DNA of 64,000 nucleotides from NCBI RefSeq assembly GCF_963506605.1, contig NC_083278.1:39432001-39496000 (forward strand), given 5' to 3'. The stretch comes from Zootoca vivipara. Its lineage: Eukaryota. The position numbers and the translations under genes are program-made. Position 1 is the stretch's first letter. Each line of letters starts with the position of its first letter. A model generated the notes under the pieces. That model was given only the letters and a program-made list of their open reading frames with translations, made no database searches and was not told the origin of the DNA. Below are positions 11,686-23,143 of this stretch, one piece after another.

Positions 11686-13684
11686 CATCTTGTCCTCTGT
11701 CGTCCCCTTCTCCTAGTGCCCTCAATCTTTCCCAACATCAGGGTCTTTTCCAAGGATTCTTCTCTTCTCATGAGGTGGCCAAAGTATTGGAGCCTCAGCT
11801 TCACGATCTGTCCTTCCAGGGAGCACTCAGGGCTGATTTCCCTGGTGGTAGAAAAGCATATTGGGATATACTCTGAAGTTCAGGAGCCAGTGCTGGATGT
11901 GTGCTTCCACAGGTATGAGCTGTGCCATCTGACAGCCTGTTGTTGTTGTTGTTGTTTATCAATGGTTGCTGACGTATATAGGATTTTGGTGTAAACCTGC
12001 AAAGGATTTTGCCACAATGTGGCAGGTTTGTCATCTGGGGCTTTCATGTTATAGATTTAGTACAGTATTATTATTATTTTAAAAAGAGAGAAATTTGTCT
12101 TCTAGTTTGTAGAAGCCGTCAGAGGACTCTTTGGATGACCTATGAGGTACACTTTGTTGCCAGATTTATTTGAGGTATAAGGAGTAAGGGAACACGTAAA
12201 ACAATCTGCTGAATCATCAATTTCTACTAGAAACCTGTTGTTATCATCACTTCACCCACTACCATTATTTGCAAATGCAATTTTCCAACAGCTTTCCTGG
12301 CCTGTCAGTTCTCTGACTAAACATTTGCCTGGAGCGCTCGAATTTAAATTGATGTCATGCAGAGACTCACTATGGTGAGAATTGAAGCTGCTGCTGGTGC
12401 TTTAATGATGGCTTTTGCTTGAGGCAGGTAGAGAATGTGGATTCTGCCTTTTCATTTTTTTTAAAAAAGATACCTTGTTTGATGCTACATCTGTTGCCTT
12501 CAAAACTCCCCCTGGCAAAAGACAAAATTATGTACCTCTACACGAATAACTGAAGGGAGAAAACAGCATTACAATGATGGCTCTTTCCCCTGCCTGCAAT
12601 ATAGAACACTTTAGGGAAGTTTTTCCTTGGGGTTATAAGTACAGTTTCCATAAAAGTCTCTTCAAGTGGATCTTTTGCTTTCTCTTGTTGAATGATAAAT
12701 ATCTCAGAAGCACAGATAGAGATGAGAAGGCCTGGGGGGAAACCCGCAAAAATTGAAAAAAAGTGTGTGGAATATTCAAACTATGTCAAACTGGTTTTTT
12801 TTCCTTGCATTTTTTCCAGAAAAAAGGCTTCGGAAAAAAGCCTCCCCCCCCCCCGGCCTTCCCATCTCTAAGCACAGAACAGCCATCATTGGTGGCCCAT
12901 CTTTCTTTTTTTAAAATCATGCAAGGATTGGGCAATCCTCCCGCACTTGTTGCAAAGGGATCCAGGCATTTGAAGTCTCTCTGGCTGGTGTACCCACTTC
13001 TTATGTTTATGTTCATGCTAATAAAAGCATCAGCTGCAGATTTCTGAATATAAGATCGTTGCTAAGGAGCCAGAAAGGGTGAGGGATCCATCCCTTTTCC
13101 TTTTCAGGTCATATTTTGATTATATATTCTGTGTTTTGATATCGTGATTTTATTCCCTGAGACCTGTGGGTATAGGGTGGTATACAAATTTAAGAAATAA
13201 ATAAAGTGCTGATCTAGCCCTTAGGGGATCAAATGACTGTATCGATGCCATTGCCAGATCATGGATCCGTTCCTTTGTTAAAAGTTTCTTAAGGATGTTA
13301 AAAGCTTCATAAGGATGTTGACTTCACCGCAGTGACTGCAAGGTGTCAGGGCTGATGTGTCAGGGGTGGCGTGGAGGGGCTGGAGTAATGTTTGACCTCA
13401 ACCTCAAAAGTCAAATTCAGACACTTGTTATGAGGGGGGCATTTGAAGTGGTTGTGTGAGCCAGGAACTTGGCTCCTCCTCCTGCTGCTGTGGAGGGGAA
13501 GCAGCCGTCAGCCAATGGCAGCAGCATGAGGAGGCGGAGGAGCCATGGAAGCTGAGCTTTCAGGCACCGTGCCCAATGTCACCACATTGCAATGCCATGA
13601 CGTTGTGCACGACGCAAGCCCCCACAATATCTTTCCAGAGTCGGAGCACCTGTTAGCTAGTCATTCATCTCTTATTAAAGAATA

Positions 13685-13915
13685 CGGTGTTACCGGTACC
13701 TCGGGTTACAAGCGCTTCAGGTTACAAACGCTTCGGGTTACAAACTCCACTAACCCAGAAATATTACCTCAGGTTAAGAACTTTGCTTCAGGATGAGAAC
13801 AGAAATCCTGCTCTGGCGGCGCGGCGGCAGCAGGAGGCCCCATTAGCTAAAGTGGTGCTTCAGGTTAGGATCGGACCTCCGGAACCAATTAAGTTCTTAA
13901 CCAGAGGTACCACTG
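13685..13915. mobile_element. Tc1/mariner (Tigger/pogo-like) MITE
   Basis: TA-flanked, ends ttaaccagaggtaccactg; near-identical to 48414-48639. Confidence 0.87.
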
Positions 13916-14423
13916 TACTATGTTAGCACTTCAGTTGGTAGCATACACTGTTTCTGAAAGCTGACAAGCTTAAATACGAGCAGGAAGCATGAGAAGGAAA
14001 GTGGTGGGGCAGGGAGGAGGAGGCAAATGATCAAATGTGAATGCTTACAAAAAAATTATCTCCCTCCTCCTTGCCCCAGTTTCCCTGCGTCACTCAGGTG
14101 TACAGGACAGAATGTTGGGTTTCATCCCATGAAGTGCATTGATTGGGTATGCTAGCAATCCTACATTTTGTCTGCTTTATGAAGCTGGCATGATAAATGT
14201 GGTAAATGCTAAAAATGGGTGTATGTTGACTAATGCTTTCAGTGCAGTGTTTGTATGCACCCATGGAGCAGACAACTGGAAAACGACATCATGTCTCAGA
14301 GTTGTTTGATATGAGATGTTAGGTGATGATTAGACACTGAGAGCCAGTTGGACAGTGGCTGTACTTAAAAGTGAAAGGGCCCTGGCAAGAAACTGAATGT
14401 GGAGCACATGCTTTCGTCTAGAG

Positions 14424-14559
14424 CAGGCATCCCCAAACTTCGGCCCTCCAGATGTTTTGGACTACAGTTCCCATAATCCCTGACCACTGGTTCTCTTAGC
14501 TAGGGATCATAGGAGTTGTAGGCCAAAACATCTGGAGGGCCGCAGTTTGGGGATGCCTG
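14424..14559. mobile_element. Palindromic hAT MITE
   Basis: caggcatccccaaact...agtttggggatgcctg; core shared with 1182-1319; duplication gtctagag/gcctagag. Confidence 0.9.
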
Positions 14560-15127
14560 GCCTAGAGTCTGGAGAATGGAAAGAAATGAATGGCTATCAC
14601 ATTTTCTTTTCTTTTTTAATGCTAGTAGTTAGTCTTAGAATTAACAGATTACCTCCTGAGGCTGACTAGAGTGTACACTTTTTTCAAAACTGTGCAGAAT
14701 TTATTACGAACTGCCTATCAAAATTAAGAGCCCAGCTATTCTTAAAACACTAAGCCTGCTGAGTGTTTTCAAAAATCCCTCTGTGACAGGTATGCTTGGA
14801 TGGCGAGAGAATACCAAATAGCCTGTACTCCACAGGACAGTCTTAATATATGCGCACACATTTTTCAGAATTCTCTTTCCTCTAAAGTGGAAATGGTTGT
14901 GAGGCTTCAACTATTAATGTACTTTAAACTACACCGAAGGTGCCTGATTGTGGCATTGTGCTACACATATAAGCATACATTTGTAAACTATGCAAATGTA
15001 AAATGAGGGTTTGTAATAACTGCAAGCTGTCTCTGAATGGGTGTTAGCACATTATATGTTCCTTTTATGTGTCTACAACCGGTCCACAGCACCTCGCTTT
15101 TAACATAAAATCTATGAGCCCCTAAGA

Positions 15128-15315
15128 GTCCATGTGGCATAGAGGTTAGAGTTTTGGACTAGGGCCTGGGAGGGCAGAGTTCAAATTCCCATTTAGCCAT
15201 GAAGCCCACTGGGTGACCTTGTGTCTGTCACTGTCTCTCGGTGTCACCTACATCACAGGAACATTGTCAGGGGGAGAACCCTTGTATGCCAGCTTGAGCT
15301 CCATGGAGGAAAGGC
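15128..15315 (+). mobile_element. Old MIR/Ther1-related SINE
   Basis: gtggcatagaggttagag...gttcaaattccc...ctgggtgaccttg core. Confidence 0.65.
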
Positions 15316-15567
15316 TATATATAGCCTAACACCAGCCCTGGAATCATCTTGTGTTCAGCTGCTTCACTGCTGATTTTAGCCATCCATCAACAGACTGCGA
15401 AAGGTGGAGGTGAAGGCTGGCATTTGCAAGAGAACTACTGCTGCTGATTGGAATGAGGAGTCGTGGGTGTAGAAAGCTGAGAGGTTTGGGGTGGGGACTT
15501 GGTTCAGACGGTTTTCCCCCTGCTAAAGCTTGTTGTCTTTGCATTTCTGTATTGATGCAGGTTGGAG

Positions 15568-15697
15568 ATGGCTGGACCCAGATTTATTTCCAACAGAACA
15601 TCCCACCACTCTTTACTATCGAATTCTGATTATACTTGGGAATATGAATATTATGAATACGGGCCAGTTTCCTTTGAAGGCCTCAAGGCTCATAAGT
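15568..15697 (+). CDS. MRAP2: MRAP2 first coding exon
   Basis: Acceptor tgcag ends 15560, ATG at 15568, donor gtaagt at 15698; encodes MAGPRF...GLKAHK plus 1 nt. Confidence 0.96.
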
Positions 15698-15816
15698 GTA
15701 AGTCTTAATCTGGGTGCTCTATGTTTTGGTTGTTTCAATTACCAAAACTCTTCATTCTCAACTCAAATGTCAAGAAATTGCATTTTTGGAATTGCGCGTG
15801 CGTGCGTGCGTGCGCG

Positions 15817-15855
<39 letters not shown>

Positions 15856-18800
15856 AAGGGTCAATTTGATAGCACCATTGACTTACCCCTTGTAATTTTC
15901 TTAAATATTTGTGCCCGCAGTTTGAGAGCATGGGCTTTACAGATAGGGAAGGGGGCAACCCTGACTTCTGAGCCAGGATTTTCTTTTCTTTTATGAGCAC
16001 CAGTCATTTCCGGATCACTCCATGCCTCAGGGGTGCATGACGAGCTTCTTTTTAGATTGTCTCTGCTCATTCTATATTTCATGGCCTTGGTAATAATCAC
16101 ATAGTCAAATTGTGATCTGAGCTGCTCTTTGGAAGACACAGCCAAGACTGTTGTGTTGAGCACTACATAGTCCTTTATGAAAGGAGGCTCATCTTTCCAA
16201 ATGGAATTTGCCAGAATTGTATGCAGGACGTCAAATGTGAGCAGAGCATAGTGAAGCTGCAATCAGCCTTAATTATATGCTGCTTTACTTTGCCACGCTG
16301 TAATCATTCCTTTTATTGTTTAAAAATTATATAGCTAAGAAAAAAATAGCTTTTATTATCTTACTTTTGTGTTCTTGCTAGCATTTGAGTATGCCTTTCT
16401 TTGCTGGTTTTAAATTCAACCCCCTGGAATATTGGGAAGGAAATGCCACAATGTGTGTGTTTGTGTATGTGTTTGTGTTTGTGTGTATGCGCACAGACGT
16501 AGCAGGTTGTTTCCCATGCTATGTGTGTGCTAGAGGAATCTTTGCAAAGCAGCAGCAGTGGATAAAGCCGCTTGGGGCGGCATGTGTGCCCTGCGCCCAG
16601 GGATGGGGCCAGCCACCCATGGGACAGAGCCAGCCAGGGCAGAACGCTCCATGGGGTCTCCGAGGAATCTGCCTGTCTCCTCCCACTCAGCTGCCCTACA
16701 GTTGAGGGGGAGGCAACGGGCGTACTGTTTGGGGCAGCGCAGAGCCTGTGGGCACTCAAGCCACTGTGTCACTCCCAGGAGAGACATGTGGCTTGGGCGC
16801 ACTGCAGGCCCTGTGGTGAGTGCTGCCTGGCATTTTGTCACCCCTCTCAGTGGTGACACCCGAGGTGGACCACTCCCACTGCACCCCTTCCTCCACTCCT
16901 GCAAAGCAGCACAAAGTTTTTATTTGCCTGATTTCACTGACAGAGTATATTAACAATACAATACTCTGGCCCCAATCCAGAGAACTTTACATGACTTGCA
17001 GTGCAAGTTCTAACATCACTGATCACCTGCCGCAAGGTAGGGAGGGGCATTTAGGCACCCCAGGCTGCCCACAAGTGATCCGCACTGTGAACAGCTAACA
17101 CAGTGATATATGTGGATTGTACATACAGCTGGGGGCAGTAGTACACACAAATATATTTCTGTGCAGAGATGATCCTCACCAAAGCAGGGCTTGACAAAAT
17201 GTACACGAAGCATAATCAGCCAAGGATTGGGCAACAGCTGGTCCATTTTTGTATTAATGGAAATCTATTGCACCCACGTCAGCCGATTAATCTCTCTCCT
17301 CCTCTGCTTCTCTTACAGATTCGATTGTGATTGGGTTTTGGGTTGGCCTTGTTGTCTTCGTCATTTTTATGTTCTTTGTACTGACCTTGTTGACCAAGGC
17401 GGGAGCACCACACCAAGAGTAAGTACCACCAAACAGACGTCTAAGGCCCAGGACCCAGGTGGCAGCAGCATCTCTGCTGCCATAGCTCTTTGGAATTCGC
17501 TCAGAAATAGAGTATACCCAACATAGCTTATGTTTTAGCCACTGCACAATTCTATGTAACTTGTCCGTTCTGAAAAGACGATGTCCCCTTGATCTTGCCA
17601 ATGAAGGCATGCCACTTACTTCAATGAAGAAAAGGACACAAGATGCTGGTTTATGGCAGGTAATCAGCCAAGGCTTGGGAGCTAGGGGAAAGATGGAACT
17701 AATGAATATTCGAGATGAGGGATAGAGAACTGGCCATCTGGATGGAGCTGAGCTCCAATTCCCATCAGCCTCAGCTGGCATTGCTAATGTTGGGAGTAAT
17801 GGGAAGTGTAAACCATCGACATCTGGCAAGCCACAGGTTCCCCATCCCAGTTCATAACTGTTGGGAATACAGAATGTCCAGCTGTAGGGTTTAGCTGGCT
17901 TGCAGGAGGCAGAGCCCATCTATTGCAAACCTTTTCTGGCAGATGGATTCCAACACAATTTTACCTATTCTCTGAGTGTAAGGGTGCTCCCCTGACAAGA
18001 AGTTTAGTGATTTTATTTAAATCTGGATGGCTTAGGTTTCGTTTATAACTGGGGGTTTTTTAAATGAAAATTGCAATTATGTGGAAAACATTCAAATTTC
18101 CTGGGGATTTTTTTTTTAACCGTTGAAAACGCAAAATTAGAACTGCATGTCAAGCTTCTCCTTTTAAGAAGAATATCTGGAGAGGACCAGTATTTCCGTT
18201 CAACTGCTATGTTAAGTAATGCATGGCTTGTCGTGGGGCAGGGAGGACAGTCCTTCCAATGAACTCTACAGAATTTGCAGCACTTAGGGTTGGTTCAGAT
18301 AGGCATATGTAATCAGTTGATTATTGTAGGATAAGGGCAAGCCATTGACTCAAGAGATTCTGGAATGGGGAGGACATATTTTTTTTGCCATCCTGTCTCA
18401 GCCCAGTCTGTTTCCAAAGAGTTTTTTGACACCTGATCTTTTATACTAATGTTCCTAAGTGAAATTGTGCCCAATTTCTCACCCACCGCTCCTCTCTCCT
18501 TGCTTCCTAGCACTGCGGACTCTTCTGAGAAAAGGCTCTGCATGAACAACTTTGTGGCAGACTTTGGAAGGCCTCTCGATTCTGATAGGATCATTTCTCA
18601 GCAGCCTGCTGAGGAATCCAGGCTGCTTTTTCACTGCTACATCAATGAATACGAGAACATGGACAGGGCAAAGCAATGCCAGAGAGTGCCAGTTATGGAC
18701 AGTAACATCCATTTTCAGGAAGTAATTCAAAGCAGCGAGAGATTGGCGGAGGGGCTGAATAGCCATGCAAAATTCAACATCCCTAACTTTGTGAACACTG

Positions 18801-18874
18801 ACCCGAATTCTTCCCTGGGTGAAGACGACCTGCTGATTTCAGAGCCGCCTATCATTTTAGAGAGCAAACACTGA
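15568..18874 (+). CDS. MRAP2: Melanocortin 2 receptor accessory protein 2, spliced CDS join(15568..15697,17319..17418,18511..18874), 197 aa as assembled
   Basis: Spliced translation MAGPRFISNRTSHHSLLSNSDYTWEYEYYEYGPVSFEGLKAHKY-SIVIGFWVGLVVFVIFMFFVLTLLTKAGAPHQD-TADSSEKRL...FNIPNFVNTD...EDDLLISEPPIILESKH matches vertebrate MRAP2 (NRT glycosylation site, YEYY, LKAHKYS, one TM helix). GT-AG introns with consistent phases. Confidence 0.97.
15793..15853. repeat. Compound (TGCG)n(CG)n(CA)n microsatellite
   Basis: About 60 bp of uninterrupted purine-pyrimidine alternation. Confidence 0.97.
17319..17418 (+). CDS. MRAP2: MRAP2 transmembrane exon
   Basis: Polypyrimidine tract plus tacag acceptor, gtaagt donor; encodes (Y)SIVIGFWVGLVVFVIFMFFVLTLLTKAGAPHQ. 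Confidence 0.96.
18511..18874 (+). CDS. MRAP2: MRAP2 last coding exon
   Basis: cctag acceptor ends 18510; lies within ORF 18449..18874. The ancestral-looking stop is at 18901-18903 in another frame. Confidence 0.93.
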
Positions 18875-19783
18875 GTCCAGCCTCCCACCAGATTATTGAC
18901 TGAAGAATATTGAGCAAGGTATTTCTTAAATTAAAACAGAACACATTTCTCCTTTACTTTCTATCCTATCTTTCATTGGCGAGTACAGGACTACAGTTGA
19001 ATACACTCTGGTGACCAGCATGGGATAGTTTTATGTGGTCTTTTTAAGTGTTTGATGCAGCCAGAGCTTCTTACACTGCTTATTTTATTTTATTTCTAGA
19101 AGTACAGCACAGCTGTTTAATAAGGAAGTTATCCATGCTGGAATATGATAGGATGTGAGAGTTGTTGGATTGTGTACATGTGTGTGCTGGAGTGTGTTGG
19201 AAAGTCACAATACTCTTAAGCCTTGCATTTAAGCAAGCTAAGAACACAACCCTCCAAAAACTCAATTCAGAGGAAGTCAATTGTACCTAAGCCCTGTTGA
19301 GATCAAAGGACTTAAGCACTAGTAGCGAACTCTGCACTGAGGTCAATGGCTTTACAGTGAGACATAGTTCTACATCATTTAGAAGTAGTTGGACATTCTG
19401 TGGCGAAAGCCTTATGCCATATCCTGTGTTGCAGGAATGAGTGGGCATACATCTATGCTGTATGTGTGCTTTATAATCCTCGTAATGTGCAAGAACTATT
19501 CTTGTGTGTTCAATCGTATGTATACCACATATACTTACTGGGACCAATTGTCTAGCATGCTTCTTGCATGTGTACAAAAAGCCCTGTAGGTATACATCAT
19601 GCTCAGACAAGTACCTGCTATTCCCTCATGTTCCCATAGTTGTGTTTTTCCTATAGAAAAAGTAAATGTAGATATTCTTAATTGGTTTCAGTGTGAATAG
19701 CATGTTTTGTTTTGCTTTTCTTCATGCTTGATCCAGGAGTGTAACTTCTTGATATACATTATTTCTCCAGTACTATTGCTTGA

Positions 19784-19821
19784 AATAAACTGGGTTGTTG
19801 ATTTTTATACTAAAAAATAAA
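19784..19821 (+). terminator. Candidate MRAP2 polyadenylation signals
   Basis: AATAAA at 19784 and 19816, about 0.9 kb after the stop. No transcript evidence. Confidence 0.45.
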
Positions 19822-20734
19822 GCCTGCCACCTTCTGTGAACTGCCATACCTTTATTGTGCCATGCAATATCTAGTCTTAAGTGAGCTTCTAAATTGCATT
19901 GCACATAGCACTATGGAAACAAACTTACAAACAGAGCCATGGATTGAAGCCAGGGTCAGTTTTCTGCTACGGCAGTGCTTCCCCTTTTGCCTGTAGGCAG
20001 ATAGATGGGCCACTGATGGGATCCTTGTTGACATCAACCAGCAGAAAGCCCCCAAATGCCCCCATTGGACCAAACTGATATGCCTGCCCCACCTTCTGCC
20101 ACTGCAGGGCTGCAGATGTGGCAGTGGCCCCACCTCTCTGGGATGTGGGGGAGGGGAATTTGGCTTGCTCATGAAGACTCTGATCTACTAAAGAAGATAC
20201 CACATCTAAACATTATGAAAAAGGAATGTGCCTCCATCAGAAGGAAGGTGGTGACATCTAGCTGACAGCATCATAAGGACTCCATTACGACACCAAACGC
20301 CCTGACCACTTTGCAAATACCATCACATCGGCATACAGCGTGCCTGGGAAATGTTTCCAGCTGTGGCAATGTAAGTCCCTTTTTGCTTTATATTTTCTTT
20401 ATTTTACAAGTGTTCTCTGATGGTGGGATGGAATCTTGTTGACCTTTACTGTGGTTTTTTGTTTGTTTGTTACTGCCTTTTCTGAGGATTTATATAATGT
20501 AATTGTTCCAGCAAAGCAAATTAACATGGTATCTCCTTAAATGCTCCTATTGTCTTTTTAAAATAATTTGAAATTCAAATTTGCCCATTTTTGTTGTGAA
20601 CATGCTTCACTCAATGAACAGCTTTCTACATCTCAAAAGTTTGCTTCTAGTGTTAAGTCTGAATGAGTCCAAGGAGGATACATACCGGTATATATCTGCT
20701 AGTAAAGGAGTTATATTAGGGAGTAGTAGTTGCA

Positions 20735-21168
20735 TCAGCGGGTGGCGCTGTGGTCTAAACCACTGAGCCTCTTGGGCTTGCCAATCGGAAGGTCTGTGGT
20801 TCAAATCCCCACAATGGGGTGAGCTCCTGTTGTCCTGTCCCAGCTCCTGCCAACCTAGCAGTTTGAAAGCACGTCAAAGTGCAAGTAGATAAATAGGAAT
20901 AAAGATAAATTACTTCAAACGTGAAGTAATGTGGCACCATGTTGATATCACAAACGCGGGAAGGTAAATGGAGTTTCCGTGGTCTCTGGTTTCCTTCACG
21001 GTGTTCCGTTGTGCCAGATGTGGTTTAGTCATGCTGGCCACGTGACCCGGAAAGCTGTCTGTGGACAAATGCTGGCTCCCTCAGCCTGAAAGTGAGATGA
21101 GTGCCACAACCCCATAGTTGCCTTTGACTGGACTTAACTATTCGGGGGTCCTTTACCTTTTAACCTTT
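20735..21168 (+). mobile_element. Sauria SINE with internal foreign insertion
   Basis: gcgggtggcgctgtggtctaaaccactgagcc head and accttt tail; interrupted at about 20898-20957. Confidence 0.88.
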
Positions 21169-22900
21169 GTATTAAAAGAACAAGAAGCTGCAACACAACA
21201 CGATGTCTGTAATGGTGGGTTTATAGCCAGAAATGATGATTTTGTATATTACTTTGCTAGGTGTTATTTCTTTTTTTAAAAAAATGGAAGGTGGGCGAAC
21301 AGGTATCTAGACTGTGTAGGGACACACTGGTTTTTTAAAATGATGGACCTCATCTGGAGGTTAAAGTAGTTGCGCCTTTGTGAGCTTGCCCTGCTTTGCC
21401 CCCCTTCCCCACTTTCTATGACCTCATTTAATCTCTAGGGAAGGTAGCGGTCATGTGAAGTAATGTGGCACCATGTTGATATCACAAACGCCTTTTAAAA
21501 TGATGCATACTATTTGATCCCTTGCAGAGCTAGGGCTCCACCAGTCTATGGATAGCGAAAAGCTTAGGCATCTCTAATTGTGATGGATTGGGCCTCAGGA
21601 GTGTCATTAAATGGCCTGGTGCTGTTAACACCATCTGCAATAATTTACACGACTAAATATTGTAGCATTTTGGTATCATTGTATCAATACTAGAGTGGAT
21701 AGTATTTCCATGGCCAAATAAGAGTGGCACATCATTTATGGAAGATGATGCCATTAGTGTTCTTATGTTGGGGAATCTCAGAGCAGAGTAGAAACAAATC
21801 AGCCCCTTGACATGGGATCAGAGGAAACAGCCTCTAGGGCAGATGGTGCGACTTTCACACTGACTTGAGGCCCAGTGCTTTTCATGGAGCTGGCTAATTT
21901 TCAGCTGGCTTTGATGTCTGAAAGTGGCCTTAATGGCCCAATGGTCCTGTTTTTGCTCAAGATCGCTAGCAACAATCCATTATGATTGGCAGCCTTGCCA
22001 ATTTCACAGCATCACTTATCTATAATGAAATCTTTCTATCCTAGGATATCTAAACTAGCACTTTTCCAGCATTAACTGACATGGAAAAGGATGAGAATAG
22101 ATGCCATTTGCAAATGTTCATTCTGTCCTTTCCAAGGAATTAAAAAGCTGTTAACCTGATAACAGTTTAACAGTTGCCTCTAATGCCTAAAAACTACACG
22201 TATGCCTTTTGTCATGTTGCAACAGCTACAGGAGACTGAAATCTGCCATTTTATTGAGGCAGCTGTGTCACATTGTCAATGCTACAGTCACAATTTATGT
22301 ATGTGGTATTAGAGCATTCATTTTATAAATACTTTATAAAATTATATATATACACCGACTGCACTAGCAGGGTATGTTCAGCAATAAAACATAAAATATT
22401 ATTTGAAATGATGTGCATTTTCCAAATTTGATTTTTAGAAAAGCACCTGGAAAATTCAGTTTTGTGTTTTATACTTTAAAGCTTTGCTGAAGTAGTTGCT
22501 TCCAGAGTGGAAAAAAGCTCCTTTATTTATACAAGTTTAGGAGGAGGACGACACCCCTGCACCCTAAGGCAGAAAGACCTGGTGAAAGTTGACATCATAC
22601 TCTGCTTATGGATATTGCTGCTTGGTCACCAATTGCTTTTATAATCCAAGCAGTAGGAATAGGAGCATAGTTCACTTTGGTAGACAAATCTTCTAATGCA
22701 TCCAATAAAGTGCAGAGATTCATTTTTGTGAAGGGGAAAAAAAGTTCAGCACTTCAAATTTGCAAGTAGTATTATTTAATATACAGAATAAAAACAAGTC
22801 AGCAAGGATTGGAATAAATGTATACAGTAGAAACCTGGGCACAACTATAAAGTTAAAAACTAATCACCTTTTGTGGCAAGGCTTTCATCTTCTCTCTCTA

Positions 22901-23143
22901 TCAAAGCTGTTTCACTGATGAAATAAGGAGCTTTCTAGTCTTCCAGTCATTTTCCGGAATGCTTGGGCCACTTGGTGGAATGATAACACCCTGTTTCTGC
23001 AGCTGCCGTAGAACATCCAAAATCGAATCCAGTTCAATGCGAAATTTCTCAAGCTCTTGGTTCTTCAACAGTGCCAGCTTCCGCCATTTCTCAGTTTCCT
23101 GGATTTGTTCAACTTCCGCAATATGCTGTGTTTGCTGTATTAC
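22901..23143 (-). CDS. CEP162: CEP162 terminal coding exon
   Basis: VIQQTQH...[36 protein letters not shown]...KQL, TGA at 22901-22903. Confidence 0.95.
   Translation of the reverse strand, partial: VIQQTQHIAEVEQIQETEKWRKLALLKNQELEKFRIELDSILDVLRQLQKQGVIIPPSGPSIPENDWKTRKLLISSVKQL

Larger units (their letters stand above)
11432..11841 (-). mobile_element. BovB (RTE) LINE 3' fragment
   Basis: Near-identical to about 7471-7770; interrupted by the Penelope insertion. Confidence 0.9.

Noticed and set aside
17287-17919. 210-aa minus-strand ORF overlapping the MRAP2 TM exon
   Set aside because: Runs through a decayed MITE and intron sequence with no domain; likely a chance ORF.
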